A DNA stretch of 39,442 nt. It comes from Octopus bimaculoides. Lineage: Eukaryota. The translations under genes and the position numbers were made by a program. The DNA lies in the NCBI RefSeq assembly GCF_001194135.2, contig NC_069002.1, positions 13,143,637-13,183,078 on the forward strand. Direction: 5' to 3'. The notes under the pieces are model-generated. The model searched no databases and was not told the DNA's origin. It saw nothing but the letters and a program-made list of their open reading frames with translations. Below are positions 20,769 to 32,290 of the stretch, in pieces (positions within the stretch are counted from its first letter, which is position 1; every line of letters begins with the position of its first letter).

Positions 20769-21144
20769 TGGAGGCGCAATGGCCCAGTGGTTAGGGCAGC
20801 AGACTCGCAGTCATAGGATTGCGGTTTCGATTGCCAGACTGGGCGTTGTGGGTGTTTATTGAGCGAAAACACTTAAAGCTCCACGAGGCTCCGGCAGGGG
20901 ATGGTGGCAAACCCTGCTGTACTCTTTCACCACAACTTTCTCTCACTCTTACTTCCTGTTTCTATTGTACCTGTATTTCAAAGGGCCAGCCTTGTCACAC
21001 TGTGTCACGCTGAATATCCCCAAGAACTATGTTAAGGGTACACATGTCTGTGGAGTGCTCAGCCACTTGCATGTTAATTTCATGAGTAGGCTGTTCCGTT
21101 GATCAACTGGAACCCTCGACGTCATAAGCGACGGAGTGCCAACA
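20769..21144 (+). mobile_element. SINE family B, full length
   Basis: A box TGGCCCAGTGG and B box GGTTTCGATTGCC. Flanked by ATGTGTGTGTGT on both sides, a probable TSD. Confidence 0.92.
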
Positions 21145-21342
21145 TGTGTGTGTGTATGTGAAAGATACTGTATATGTACATACATCTTTTATTTGTGTGT
21201 TTGTATGCATATATACTTGTGAATGAGTATTTATAATTGTGAATGTATTCTATAAGTGTGTGTATATGTTTATGGTTTTATTTTTCAATCATTTGTAAAC
21301 ATCCATCAAGAAATGATGTGAATGTTGTTTTTCCCTAAACAG

Positions 21343-21450
21343 GACTGTCCCAAGAAGACTGAGAATAAGAAAATTTCCGACACTCCACTGGCTGTAAACG
21401 GAGATGATTATGAAGGAACATTGTGGGTTTGTCTTCTATGTGGAAACCAG
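21343..21450 (+). CDS. USP16/USP45: USP16/45 coding exon 3 (DCPKKTENKKISDTPLAVNGDDYEGTLWVCLLCGNQ)
   Basis: TAAACAG acceptor, GTGATG donor, 108 nt, phase 0/0. WVCLLCGNQ corresponds to WLCLKCG(H/F)Q of USP16/45. Confidence 0.95.
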
Positions 21451-21589
21451 GTGATGGATTATTATTCTTTTATTACTTTAGTTGCTCTTCAACTCAGTTT
21501 TTAGTATCATCATGGGAGTCCTTGGAGTCCAAAGAAACACACACTGTGTTAACAGTTTGCAGTATGTTAGTTGATGTGCATACCACTTG

Positions 21590-22060
21590 GCCAGCACCCT
21601 TGTTGGTGTCGTGTATAAAGCACCCAGCACACTCTGTGAAGTGGTTTGGCATTAAGAAGTGCTCCCAGCTGTTGTAACCATGTGAAAACAATTGGAGCTT
21701 AGTGCAGCTCTCCAGCTTGACAGCTACTGTCAAAGTGTCCAACCCATGCCAGCATGGAAAACAGATGCTGAGATCGTTGCCAGTGCCCCTGGGCTGGCTC
21801 TTGTGTGGGTGGCACATAAAATACACCATTTTGAGTGTGGCTGTTGCCAGTACCGCCTGACTGGCCTTCGTGTGGGTGACATGTAAAAGCACCCACTACA
21901 CTCTTGGAGTGGTTGGCGTTAGGAAGGGCATCCAGCTGTAGAAACTCTGCCAAATCAGATTGGAGCCTGGTGTTGCCATCCGGTTTCACCAGTCCTCAGT
22001 CAAATCGTCCAACCCATGCTAGCATGGAAAGCGGACGTTAAACGATGATGATGATGATGA
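21590..22060 (+). mobile_element. Two RTE-type 3' ends in tandem (older 21590-21769, younger 21770-22060)
   Basis: The older copy stops at GCATGGAAAACAGATGCT and the younger copy starts immediately. Ends in (GAT)n. Confidence 0.88.
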
Positions 22061-22734
22061 CATGAAGTAGTGTTGAATAAAATGTATTCATTTTAAAGTT
22101 GTATTTAATGTTTGAGTGTATTTGAATTATTTTGTGTCTATCAAGCTGTGAACATCAGATTTGGTGTCCATTGCTGACAAAGTGAAAAAATGTAGAAAGA
22201 ACATGCATCCGACATCAAATGAGAAATTTCAAAGCCATAAATGTGTTTTCACACATGTTAAAGAGGAGAATTTTCTCTTGGGATATCTGCAAAGGAAGGT
22301 CTTCTTGTACTTCAATACATTCAATTGTTAAATATGACTGAATAGTTTTTATTCTCTGCTGCTTTGCATAACATTATTTATTTAATTCTAGTTTGACCAA
22401 GCCTTATGCATATCAGCAAACATATTGTTTTAGTAAGAATAATTTTGTTCTTATCAGGCTGTGGATGACATTTGGTATTCGTTGCTGACAAATTGTAAAG
22501 ATGCAAAAATGCTTGTGTCCAATGATCCAATGATGCTGTTCACAGCCCAAGATGTATTTCTACACGTGTCTAGGAGGAAAACTTTCCTCTGGGAATATTT
22601 CCACAACAGCAGGTCTTCTCACACAAGGACTGTCCAAAGCCTTGTGAGTGGATTTGGTAGATGGAAATCCATCATATTTGTGTCTTCCTGTCTTGACATT
22701 GTGTGATTGTTATGAATGAATGCTATTCATTTCC

Positions 22735-22900
22735 AGTATTCTATGGAAGCATATCTGGTCATGGGGAAATATTACCTTATTTGGAAATAGGTAAGGGTTA
22801 GCTACAGGAAAGGCATCTGACTGTAAAAAATCTACCTCAATAAACTCTGCTGATCCATGCAAGCATGGAATATTGGACGTTAAGAACGATGATGATGATG
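22735..22900 (+). mobile_element. Older RTE-like 3' end
   Basis: GGAAAGGCATCTGACTGTAAAA...GCATGGAATATTGGACGTTAAGAACGATGATGATG. Confidence 0.7.
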
Positions 22901-23062
22901 ATGTGGATGGGTATCTAGTCACATCCATGGCTTCCATCTCTTGGATTTTAGCATCCTTCTGGACTCCTTGATTCACTAATTTTTTTTGTTTGTTTTTATG
23001 TATGTATCTGTTCATCTTTTTTTTTTTTCTTGCCATATTTATTTCTGTCTCTTCTTTTTCAG

Positions 23063-23163
23063 GGCTGTGATCGAAACTCCACCAGTAAACATGCTTTGAA
23101 ACATTACGAAAATTCTCATTCATGTCACTTCATTGTCATTAACACAACATCGTGGACTGCATG
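23063..23163 (+). CDS. USP16/USP45: USP16/45 coding exon 4 (GCDRNSTSKHALKHYENSHSCHFIVINTTSWTA-W)
   Basis: CTTTTTCAG acceptor and GTAAGT donor. GCxRNS..HALKHY is the ZnF-UBP signature. The phase 2 end completes TGG with the next exon. Confidence 0.96.
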
Positions 23164-23237
23164 GTAAGTTAAGAGTTACAAACACATGTTAGGGTATACA
23201 CATGGCTGGGTGCTTAACCAGTTTGCTTCACAGACAT

Positions 23238-23855
23238 CATCATCATCATCATTTAATGACCATTCTCCATATTGGCATGGGTTGGACAGTTTAACTGGAA
23301 CCAATAAACCATAGTATTGTGCCAGGCTCCAATGTCAGCTTTGGCATGGTTTCTATGGTTGGAGGCTCCTCTTGATACCAACAACTTTACAAGGCATCCA
23401 GGGGGTGATCTTACGGAACGAGTCCTTAATATCGGCCTTTTCCGTAAAAAGTGTCTTCGGCGATCTTTACCAAACATCGGCCTTTTCTGTAAAAAGTGTT
23501 GGAGTGAAACAGGGAAATGACATCATAAAAGCGAAAGACATACAGAGAGCGCGATTTATTTTGAAGGGGTTAGGGTTTGGATTTTAGGGTTTGTGTTAGG
23601 GAATTCCGTCCCTAACCGTAGCCCTAACACTAACCCTAACCCTAAAACCCTAACCCTGACACTAAAACCCTAACCCTAACACCATAGTGAAGATCCTGCA
23701 GGTATTACGGAAAAGGCCAATGTTTGGTAAAGATCGCCGAAGACACTTTTTACAGAAAAGGCTGATATTTAGGACTCGTACTGTAAGATCGCCCATGCAG
23801 GGTGCTCTTTAAGTGGCACCAGCACCAGTGAGATTACCAGGTAACTCGCAAAACA
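23238..23855 (-). mobile_element. RTE-type 3' end split by the foldback element at 23403-23794
   Basis: (CAT)n tail and GGCATGGGTTGGACAG lie left of the insertion; GGGTGCTCTTT..GTGGCACCAGCAC resumes to its right. Confidence 0.7.
23403..23794. mobile_element. Foldback/MITE-type DNA element with ~90-bp TIRs and internal telomere-like repeats
   Basis: TIRs at 23403-23492 and 23705-23794. Flanks ATCCAGG (23396-23402) and ATGCAGG (23795-23801) form a 6/7 direct repeat. TTAGGG-like tract 23566-23601 faces CCCTAA-like tract 23610-23680. Confidence 0.85.
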
Positions 23856-24108
23856 AGATCACTCAAAAGAGGTGGATGGGATGTATTGTGGGAGGTGATG
23901 AAAGGGACAAGGTGGTAAATCAATGAATAATTGTTTTTTTAATTTTCAAAATGTAAAATAACTGTAAAAACATTTACAGTTCATAATTTTTTTTCTTTTT
24001 CCATTTCCGTACAAAATCTTGGTTGTTTCATTCTTGTTGCCTGACTTTTTTAAAATTCTTACTCTTTTTAATTATGATATAATGATTTTAATTCTGCTCT
24101 TTTTACAG

Positions 24109-24212
24109 GTGTTACGTATGTGATGATGAAGTACCTGTAGAAAAAAATAAAAAAATTATGGAGTGTTTAGATTTTCTGAAGAAAGAAGCTGGTATTTCTA
24201 ATTTAGATTCTG
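24109..24212 (+). CDS. USP16/USP45: USP16/45 coding exon 5 (W-CYVCDDEVPVEKNKKIMECLDFLKKEAGISNLDS-V), end of ZnF-UBP
   Basis: TTTTTACAG acceptor and GTGAGT donor. Contains the WCYVCD motif; frame is continuous with both neighbours. Confidence 0.95.
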
Positions 24213-24461
24213 GTGAGTTATTTTAAGGGTTTCACTGGATTTGTTTTCTTTTATTTTTCTTTCATCTGTTCAAATTTTCTCCATTTGCTATTCCTGTGAT
24301 GAGGGTTACGGGGGTGGAGTCCTCTGCGTTCTTTGAAAGCTTTGAGTATATCTCTAAGGTGATTAGCTTTTCTTTCAGTATTTCCTAGTAAGATGTGAGT
24401 GTAGCTTTACTGGAGATTGGCTTCTCTTTGAGTACGTTCTTGAGTGTGTGAACAACTAAAT

Positions 24462-24682
24462 CATCATCATCATCATTTAATCCGCTTTCCATGCTGGCAT
24501 GGGTTGGACGGTTTGACTGAGGACTGGCAAGCTAGGAGGCTGCACCAGGCTCCAGTCTGATTTGGCAAGGTTTCTACAGCTGGATGCCCTTCCTAATGCC
24601 AACCACTCTGAGAGTGCAGTGAGTGCTTTTTATGTGCCACCGGCACGGGGGTCAGTCAGGTGACATTGGCATCGATCACGCT
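24462..24682 (-). mobile_element. RTE-type 3' end
   Basis: (CAT)n..CCGCTTTCCATGCTGGCATGGGTTGG...GCTGGATGCCCTTCCTAATGCC. Confidence 0.85.
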
Positions 24683-24905
24683 TCTGGTGATGGTCTCTAT
24701 TAGTTGACATGGTTGTCAGACATTTGAGGCACAGTTCACCAAGGTTTACTAGACAAAGGTGCACATGTAGAAACACAATGGGAATATACATAAAGCCCTA
24801 AAATACATACACACTTACTCGCTCACATTCATACATGTACACATACACTCATACCCCCCCTCTCAAATTCTATTGGTCCTCATGCATTTTCTCTCTCTTT
24901 TACAG

Positions 24906-25006
24906 TTCAGAAAGATTCTTCGTTGCAGTCACTCAATGATAGCAAACGGAACAAGACCAAAACAGCTTCAAAGTTAACAAACAGTGCATTGAATGTACGA
25001 ATCAAG
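24906..25006 (+). CDS. USP16/USP45: USP16/45 coding exon 6, linker (V-QKDSSLQSLNDSKRNKTKTASKLTNSALNVRIK)
   Basis: CTCTTTTACAG acceptor and GTATAT donor. Phase 1 in and phase 0 out is exactly what is needed to join exons 5 and 7. Ends in ..VRIK just before the Cys box. Confidence 0.85.
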
Positions 25007-25336
25007 GTATATATATGTATATGTAAATTTAGTAAATGGAGTAAAACGCATATATTAACTGAATACTTTTATTTCCAACATATGTTTCGAAGATTACAAA
25101 TTATACCTTCCATAGGAATCGGCGATGTTGATAAGAATGTATCATACTAATGATAATCTGTTCTCACAGGCAACCAGTTATAGCATGGAGAACTAAAAAA
25201 AAAAAAACAAGAGGAGGTTGAGAACCCGGCCCACCTCCTTCTTCCACCAATTTAGTGTTGTTTTATAAAGTTGTTGTCTATTACTGTTGAAATCTTTTCT
25301 TTCCTCTCATATTTTTTCTGTTTGTTTTTTTTGTAG

Positions 25337-25384
25337 GGTATCAGTAACCTGGGCAACACATGTTTTTTAAATGCTGTGCTTCAG
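25337..25384 (+). CDS. USP16/USP45: USP16/45 coding exon 7, catalytic Cys box (GISNLGNTCFLNAVLQ)
   Basis: TTTTTGTAG acceptor and GTAAGA donor. GxxNLGNTCFxNxxxQ is the USP (peptidase C19) Cys box; the catalytic Cys codon is TGT at 25361-25363. Confidence 0.96.
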
Positions 25385-25534
25385 GTAAGAAATTTTTTTT
25401 CTGGTGTAGCAATTTTTGCTGCATTCAATGTAACTAGGCAGCAAGTTGGATAATAAGCATGAGAGACACAAAGACAATGGTGGGGATGAGGAACGTAGAG
25501 AGTGATAATAAGAGAAATGGACAGAGGGGAAAAT

Positions 25535-25567
<33 letters not shown>

Positions 25568-25765
25568 AAGAGAGAAAGAGAGAGAGAGAGAGAGATGTGG
25601 GGATCAGATTGAGATGGAAGAGAAAACAAATTGTGTCGTTTGGATGGATAGAACTCATTGGGTTGGGAAGGCAATCCATCTTAGAGAAAGAGTAAGTCCA
25701 TGAGAGATGTTATCTCAGGATAAATACAACAGTAACTGGGCTATTGACTGTGTATATACATTACA

Positions 25766-26075
25766 TGGAGGCGCAATGGCCCAGTGGTTAGGGCAGCGGA
25801 CTCGCGGTCATAGGATCGCAGTTTCGAATCCCAGACCGGGCGTTGTGAGTGTTTATTGAGCAAAAATACCTAAAGCTCCACGAGGCTCCGGCAGGGGATG
25901 GTGGCGAACCCTGCTGTACTCTTCCACCACAACTTTCTCTCACTCTTTCTTCCTGTTTCTGTTGTACCTGTATTTCAAAGGGCCAGCCTTGTCACACTGT
26001 GTCATGCTGAATTCCCCCTGAGAACTACGTTAAGGGTACATGTGTCTGTGGAGTGCTCAGCCACTTGCACGTTAA
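25766..26075 (+). mobile_element. SINE family B, truncated by the gap
   Basis: High identity to the other B copies. Confidence 0.9.
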
Positions 26076-26644
26076 NNNNNNNNNNNNNNNNNNNNNNNNN
26101 NNNNNNNNNNNNNNNNNNNNNNNNNNNNNNNNNNNNNNNNNNNNNNNNNNNNNNNNNNNNNNNNNNNNNNNNNNNNNNNNNNNNNNNNNNNNNNNNNNNN
26201 NNNNNNNNNNNNNNNNNNNNNNNNNNNNNNNNNNNNNNNNNNNNNNNNNNNNNNNNNNNNNNNNNNNNNNNNNNNNNNNNNNNNNNNNNNNNNNNNNNNN
26301 NNNNNNNNNNNNNNNNNNNNNNNNNNNNNNNNNNNNNNNNNNNNNNNNNNNNNNNNNNNNNNNNNNNNNNNNNNNNNNNNNNNNNNNNNNNNNNNNNNNN
26401 NNNNNNNNNNNNNNNNNNNNNNNNNNNNNNNNNNNNNNNNNNNNNNNNNNNNNNNNNNNNNNNNNNNNNNNNNNNNNNNNNNNNNNNNNNNNNNNNNNNN
26501 NNNNNNNNNNNNNNNNNNNNNNNNNNNNNNNNNNNNNNNNNNNNNNNNNNNNNNNNNNNNNNNNNNNNNNNNNNNNNNATGTTGTGGTTGTTTAGCCACA
26601 TTCTAATTAAAACAAAGTTTCTAAATATGATACCTGCTAATTGT

Positions 26645-26835
26645 TGTTTTTGTTTAGTGTCTGGTCAGCCTAGCAGACCAATTATCAAAGCATTCCAGCC
26701 ATGACCATTCCCTTTTATTTTTCAGACAGTCTATATATTCATGACTACATATTACGTAGTGAGTCTTTCATGCTTAACTTTTTTAAGACAGTAAGATATG
26801 GTATGAAGGGAGATTTGGCTGCTATTTTTAGCAGG
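26645..26835 (+). repeat. Unclassified interspersed repeat (relatives near 29680-29870, 30100-30290 reversed and 3660-3720 reversed)
   Basis: Shared GGTCAGCC..ATCAAAG..ATTC and TTTGGCTGCTATTT(C/T)TAGCAGG blocks. Confidence 0.5.
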
Positions 26836-26894
26836 TCATTGGCTTGACATCTGCAAATTGCTATATTCTGTTAAAATCTACTGTTTGCTTCATC

Positions 26895-26925
<31 letters not shown>

Positions 26926-27877
26926 TAATATTATATTCTTAACATTTCAGTTCTTGTTTTTTGGTGGATTTTTTTCTCTCAACAACACCAGTTTTTGTCA
27001 GAGATGAAGAAAATTTTTCAATAAGAACCAACTTAGAACTATGTTTTAGAAATGCTCCAACCATTCCTAAAATGCATAATTTTTCTTCTTCAAACAGTCA
27101 ACCATCAGGAGCTAAATTCCTGGTGAGCTGCATCCAAGACTGAGTACTAACAACTCCTGGTTGTAGTAATTTCGTTTCACTCCACTTGCATAGTTTAGTG
27201 CCGTTAAGGCTTATTTGTCATGCACTCTCATTCCATATTCTTCACTTAAGAATCTTTGTGTGTTTATAATAACTTGATATCATTTAATCTTATTCCAAGG
27301 TGGTGAGTGGCAGAATTGNNNNNNNNNNNNNNNNNNNNNNNNNNNNNNNNNNNNNNNNNNNNNNNNNNNNNNNNNNNNNNNNNNNNNNNNNNNNNNNNNN
27401 NNNNNNNNNNNNNNNNNNNNNNNNNNNNNNNNNNNNNNNNNNNNNNNNNNNNNNNNNNNNNNNNNNNNNNNNNNNNNNNNNNNNNNNNNNNNNNNNNNNN
27501 NNNNNNNNNNNNNNNNNNNNNNNNNNNNNNNNNNNNNNNNNNNNNNNNNNNNNNNNNNNNNNNNNNNNNNNNNNNNNNNNNNNNNNNNNNNNNNNNNNNN
27601 NNNNNNNNNNNNNNNNNNNNNNNNNNNGTATCTAATGCAAGAAATTAATACTTTTCCCCACTGAACCTTCGGTTTGCAAGACATCAGTTACATAGGGCCA
27701 TTGTGTGGACACTGATACATCTAAAGATGTTATATTAACATTTGAGAACTTTTGTTACGTTGTTTATTATCTTGTAGTCATTGTTAAAGTTTCATCATTC
27801 ATGTGCAAATGTTAGCATTTGTTAAATAATCTCTCCATACGCTATTGTTGAAAATGAATGAAAGGTAGATTTTTACA

Positions 27878-28250
27878 TGGCTGTGTGGTAAGAAGTTTGC
27901 TTCCCAACCCTATGGTTTCAGGTTCAGTCCCACTGTGTGGCACCTTGGTCAAGTTTCTTCTATTGCCCCAGACCAACCAAAGCCTTTGGAGTGGGTTTCA
28001 TAGAGGGAAAATGAAAGAAACCCATCATGTGCATGTATATATATATATTGCCGGACTGGCCCTCGTGCCGGTGGCACGTAAAAAGCACCCACTACACTCT
28101 TGGAGTGGTTGGCGTTAGGAAGGGCATCCAGCTGTAGAAACTCTGCCAGATCAAATTGGAGTCTGGTGTAGCCATCTGGTTTGCCAGTCTCCAGTCAAAT
28201 CGTCCAACCCATGCTAGCATGGAAAACGGACGTTAAATGATGATGATGAT
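27878..28250 (+). mobile_element. Chimeric retroposon: family A head + (TA)n + RTE-type 3' tail
   Basis: A head 27878-~28028, microsatellite, then GGACTGGCCCTCGTGCCGGTGGCACGTAAAAAGCACCC...(GAT)n. Confidence 0.8.
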
Positions 28251-28261
28251 GATATATATAT

Positions 28262-28775
28262 AGTGGAGGTGCATAGCCTATTGGTTAGGGTGTTGTACTC
28301 ATAATCATAAGATTGTGGTTTCGATTCCTGGACCAGGTGATGCAATGTGTTCTTGAGCAAAACACTTCATTTCATATTGCTCCAGTCCACTCAATTGGCA
28401 AAAATGAGTAATCCTGCGATGGACTGGTGTCCTGTCCAGGTGGGGAATATATGAAACCGGGAAACCAGCTCTTATGAGTTGGTATGACTTGAGAAGGTAA
28501 CTTAATGTATGTGTGTGTGTGTGTGTGTGTGTATGTATTACTGTCTCTTTGTATTGACATTGCATGGTGGTTGTAAATGAATGTCACTGTCATACAAGCA
28601 GTGTCCTTCATTTCCAATCTTCCATGGAAACACCTGGTTATGGGGAACCTTGCTGAGAAACAGGTGTGGGTTGGTGACAGGAAGGGCATCCAGCTGTAGA
28701 AAATTCCACCTCAACAAAATTCCACCTGACCTATGCTTGCATGGAAAAGTGGACATTAAATGATGATGATGATGA
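28262..28775 (+). mobile_element. SINE family F (different tRNA-like head) + (TG)n + older RTE-like tail
   Basis: B box GGTTTCGATTCC, CORE-like GTGTTCTTGAGCAAAACACTT and CCTGCGATGGACTGG block. The tail is similar to 38995-39230 and ends (GAT)n. Confidence 0.7.
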
Positions 28776-28902
28776 TTTTAAATGTGGTCTTGTGGATAAA
28801 GACATACATAGACAACTGCATTGAACATCCTGGACAGGGTTCGATTCTGCCACAGGTCTGCATTAAGAGATCCTTTAAAAATATTTCACTTATTGTTTTA
28901 GG

Positions 28903-29270
28903 TACCTGTGGTTATGAAGCTTGCTTTGCAACCTTGTGACTTTGGGTTCAATCTCATTGTGCAGCACCTTACTATAGCCACAGGCCAACCTATGTCTTGT
29001 GAATGAATTCAGCAGGAGACTGTGTAGAGGCCCAATGTTGTGTGTGTGTGTGTGTGTGTGTGCTTTTGTGTTTGTATTTGTACCCCCGCCTCTTAGTAAC
29101 CGGTGTTGGTTTGTTTATGTCACTATCTTAACGGTTCAGCAATAGAACCGTTAAACAATAGAAACTGGTAGAATAAAGTACCAGAGTTAATTTATATAGA
29201 TAAAACGCTCAAGGCAATGCTCCTGCATGGCCATGATCTAATGACTGAAGCAAGTATAAGATAAAATACA
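28903..29270 (+). mobile_element. Old, diverged family A copy
   Basis: Residual blocks CACCTT..ACTATAGCC, (TG)n and GCATGGCC..ATGACTGAAGCAAGTATAAGATAAAA. Confidence 0.65.
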
Positions 29271-29285
29271 TTTACACTAAATGCT

Positions 29286-29319
<34 letters not shown>

Positions 29320-30359
29320 TCTACATTGGCACAGATACCCCTGGGTCATTAAAAAATTTGTTTTACAGTGACGTTCCCAGGCTTGGTCCCGCTATACAGT
29401 GGAGGTCCAACTAATGCCTTGTGAATGCAAATGGTTGATGGGAAACTGTATGGAAGCCCATTGTATGTGTGTGTTCATATCCTGTTGGTGAATCTGTTGC
29501 TCTTTTCTATCCCCAGTTGTTGTTTATAGTGTCTAATGTGTTTATGTCATATATTTATGAGGTCATTTATGATATCTTATATGCTTATGATGTCATGAAT
29601 TTATGATGTTATAAATTTGTGATGTTGGAAATAATTCAACCACATTACTTTGCTTTGTAGAAATACAATGTTTGTTGTTTTAGCCCCAGGTCAGCCCTGA
29701 TGGAACTGGCTTATCATCAAAGGGATTCTAATCATCACCACCTTGCTCTTTTCTTGTGTATTGTGTGTCTTGGAATACATTATCTTGTGTGTCCTTCCAC
29801 TTTTCAAGATGTTTAGCTGCAGTTATCTGCCAATGGTTTGGTTGCTATTTCTAACAGATTGAGTAACCTCCTAGAGGCCTCTTCATTACCTCATGGTGTT
29901 TGATGTAATGAGGAGAGAAGTAATAAACAATTAACCTGTAAATCTCACACCCTGCCTAATTACTTTTATATAAACCTGACAGATTACAGGGATCAAAGTA
30001 GCTCTCATCTGGATTATCTCTTTATTGGATTATCAATCACCTCTTTCGCTGTTCTAATTAACATGTTGGTGAGAACTGAACTGTACTGTAAACATATGTT
30101 GCTGGACCTGCTAGAAACAGCAGCTAAATCTTCCTAAGTTACACCATACTAACTTGAAAAAAGAAGGATTGTGGTGGGGATAAAGATACAAAAACTGAAT
30201 TGTTATAAATGGAATGACTTTAATCAAGGATGTGCTCAATCAGGTCTGACCTAGGGCTAAACAGTGTCATAGTTTAAGAACAATCCATATTAAGATCGCA
30301 TACTTTAGATTTTTATTTGTGATTTTTGTTTCTTAGCTTTAAGAAGATATTTTTTCTAC

Positions 30360-30515
30360 TCATCGTCATCAACTCCTCACTACTGTCATCACCACCACCA
30401 CCATCACCACCACCACCATCGTCATCACCACCGCTATCATCACCACCGTCACTGCCATCATCATTATCACCATCATCATCATCATCGTCACTGCCACCAC
30501 CACTATCATTATCAT
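30360..30515. repeat. (TCA/CCA)n compound microsatellite merging with an RTE (CAT)n tail
   Basis: Directly visible. Confidence 0.9.
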
Positions 30516-30720
30516 TATTTAATGCCCATTTTCCATATTGGCATGGGTTGGATGGTTTGACAGGATTTAGGGAGCTGCAGGACTGCATTGAGCCCCAATT
30601 GTCTGTTTCCACATGGTTTCTACAGCTGGGTGCCTTTTCTGACCGTAACATTATTGTGTGTACTGACTGCTTTTTCCATGTCCCCAGCGCTAGTGCAGTT
30701 TGTCAAGTAACTTGCAAGAC
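30475..30720 (-). mobile_element. RTE-type 3' end, diverged
   Basis: TTTCCATATTGGCATGGGTTGGATGG...CATGGTTTCTACAGCTGGGTGCC. Confidence 0.75.
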
Positions 30721-30879
30721 AGAATAAGAACAGGGAAAAGATAAAAAGCCCCACACAGCTGAGCAGTGGGAAGTAATTTAGAGGAGGAGGTGGCTTTATG
30801 CCCTTTGTTGAAAGGCTTATATTATGATAGAGGGACAAGCACAGGTGTCTTGATATAGAAGTGATACCTGGCTACCCTG

Positions 30880-31268
30880 TGGAGACACAATGGCCCAGTG
30901 GTTAGGGCAGCGGACTTGCAGTCATAGGATCACGGTTTCGATTCCCAGACCGGGCGTTGTGAGTGTTTATTGAGCGAAAACACCTAAAGCTGCAGGAGGC
31001 TCCGGCAGGGGATGGTGGCGAACCCTGCTGTACTCTTTCACCCACAACTTTCTCTCACTCTTACTACCTGTTTCTGTTGTGCCTGTAATTCAAAGGGTCA
31101 ACCTTGTCACACTGTGTCACGCTGAATATCCCCGAGAACTACGTTAAGGGTACACGTGTCTGTGGAGTGCTCAGCCACTTGCACATTAATTTCACGAGCA
31201 GGCTGTTCCGTTGATCGGATCAACTGGAACCCTCGACGTTGTAAGCGACGGAGTGCCAACAACAACAA
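30880..31268 (+). mobile_element. SINE family B, full length with (AAC)n tail and TSD
   Basis: ACCTGGCTACC direct repeat at 30866-30876 and 31268-31278. Confidence 0.95.
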
Positions 31269-32109
31269 CCTGGCTACCGTACATTATATAAAGTTGGGTG
31301 GGAGTAACTTGGAAAATTATTTTATTGGGCTCAGCTACTTCTTAACCTTTAACTTTTTGTCTCAGATTATTTAATTAATATTTTCAAAATAAATACCAGT
31401 TGAATACTAGGGTTGATTTAAGTCACTGACGTTTCTTGTCCCTGTGAATAAGGGGTTGAGTAGAGTCACAACTTTAACCCTTGTACATATGAAATCATTG
31501 TGATTAGTTTCATTGTTAGTGTATTGGATTGGCAGAATTGTCAGAGCATTAAGATATTATTAAAGATACAGATTTAAAAAAGAAAAAAGTTGTATAAATT
31601 TATAAAACGGGGATTTTTTTCTTTCTTAAGATTGTAATTTTTCAAGCAATTAAAAGTCTTGACTGGTGATAAAAAGATCTTCAGATATTTACACCTCAAT
31701 CCTATCTTTTGTTCAGTTTATTCCTGATTATGTTTGAATCTTTTATTCTTGGATGTCTCTGTAGAATAAAGCTGGTTGATTGGCATAATTGTTAGAGTGA
31801 AGAGAATCAGAAGAGATTTTGCAAAGCAATTCATCCAACATGTTAGGTTTAAATCCTGCTAAGCTCAACTTTGCATATTGTCCTTTCAGTGCTGGCATGG
31901 ACCTTTTCCCCAGTAGGTCAAAGTTAGGCAAGCTGAAAAGTGTTTGTGTCCCCTGGAAAACTTCACAATCTTCTGGAGTAATTAGTAAAAGCATCGTACA
32001 TGCTCCCAAGTTATCTTCCCTTGCAAGTGGAAGCTGTAATTTGATACAGAGCCAGACAAGATTTGAACCAAAGCTTCCTCCTCAATTGAGATCTTGCAAG
32101 TTACTTGAT

Positions 32110-32290
32110 GACCTCACTAGTGCTGGTGCTGCATAAAAAGCACCCAGTACACTCTGTAAAGTGGTTGGCATTAGGAAGGGCATCTAACCATAGAAACCAG
32201 GCCAAAGTAGACATGGAACTTTGGCTAGTTCCTGTCAGAACATCCAACCCATGATGGCATAGAAAAGCGGATGTTAAATGATGATGGTGA
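32110..32290 (+). mobile_element. RTE-type 3' end, diverged
   Basis: AAAAAGCACCCAGTACACTCTGTAAAGTGGTTGGCATTAGGAAGGGCATC...GATGTTAAATGATGATG. Confidence 0.8.

Noticed and set aside
20769-20850. tRNA gene calls for the heads of SINE families A, B, F and H
   Set aside because: A and B boxes are present, but no complete cloverleaf with a paired acceptor stem; each continues into a multi-copy SINE body.
23566-23680. A true chromosomal telomere-fusion scar
   Set aside because: The tracts are short and degenerate and are enclosed by TIRs and a TSD, so they belong to a transposon.
24265-24460. Minus-strand A-rich frame VVHTLKNVLKEKPISSKATLTSY*EILKEKLITLEIYSKLSKN..
   Set aside because: Looks like a decayed retroelement ORF but has an internal stop and no motif I can assign. 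TBLASTX against repeat proteins would be needed.
26961-27260. Short ORFs with a VFVRDEENF stretch faintly recalling the Tc1 FSDE motif
   Set aside because: No other transposase motifs or TIRs; stops in the other frames.
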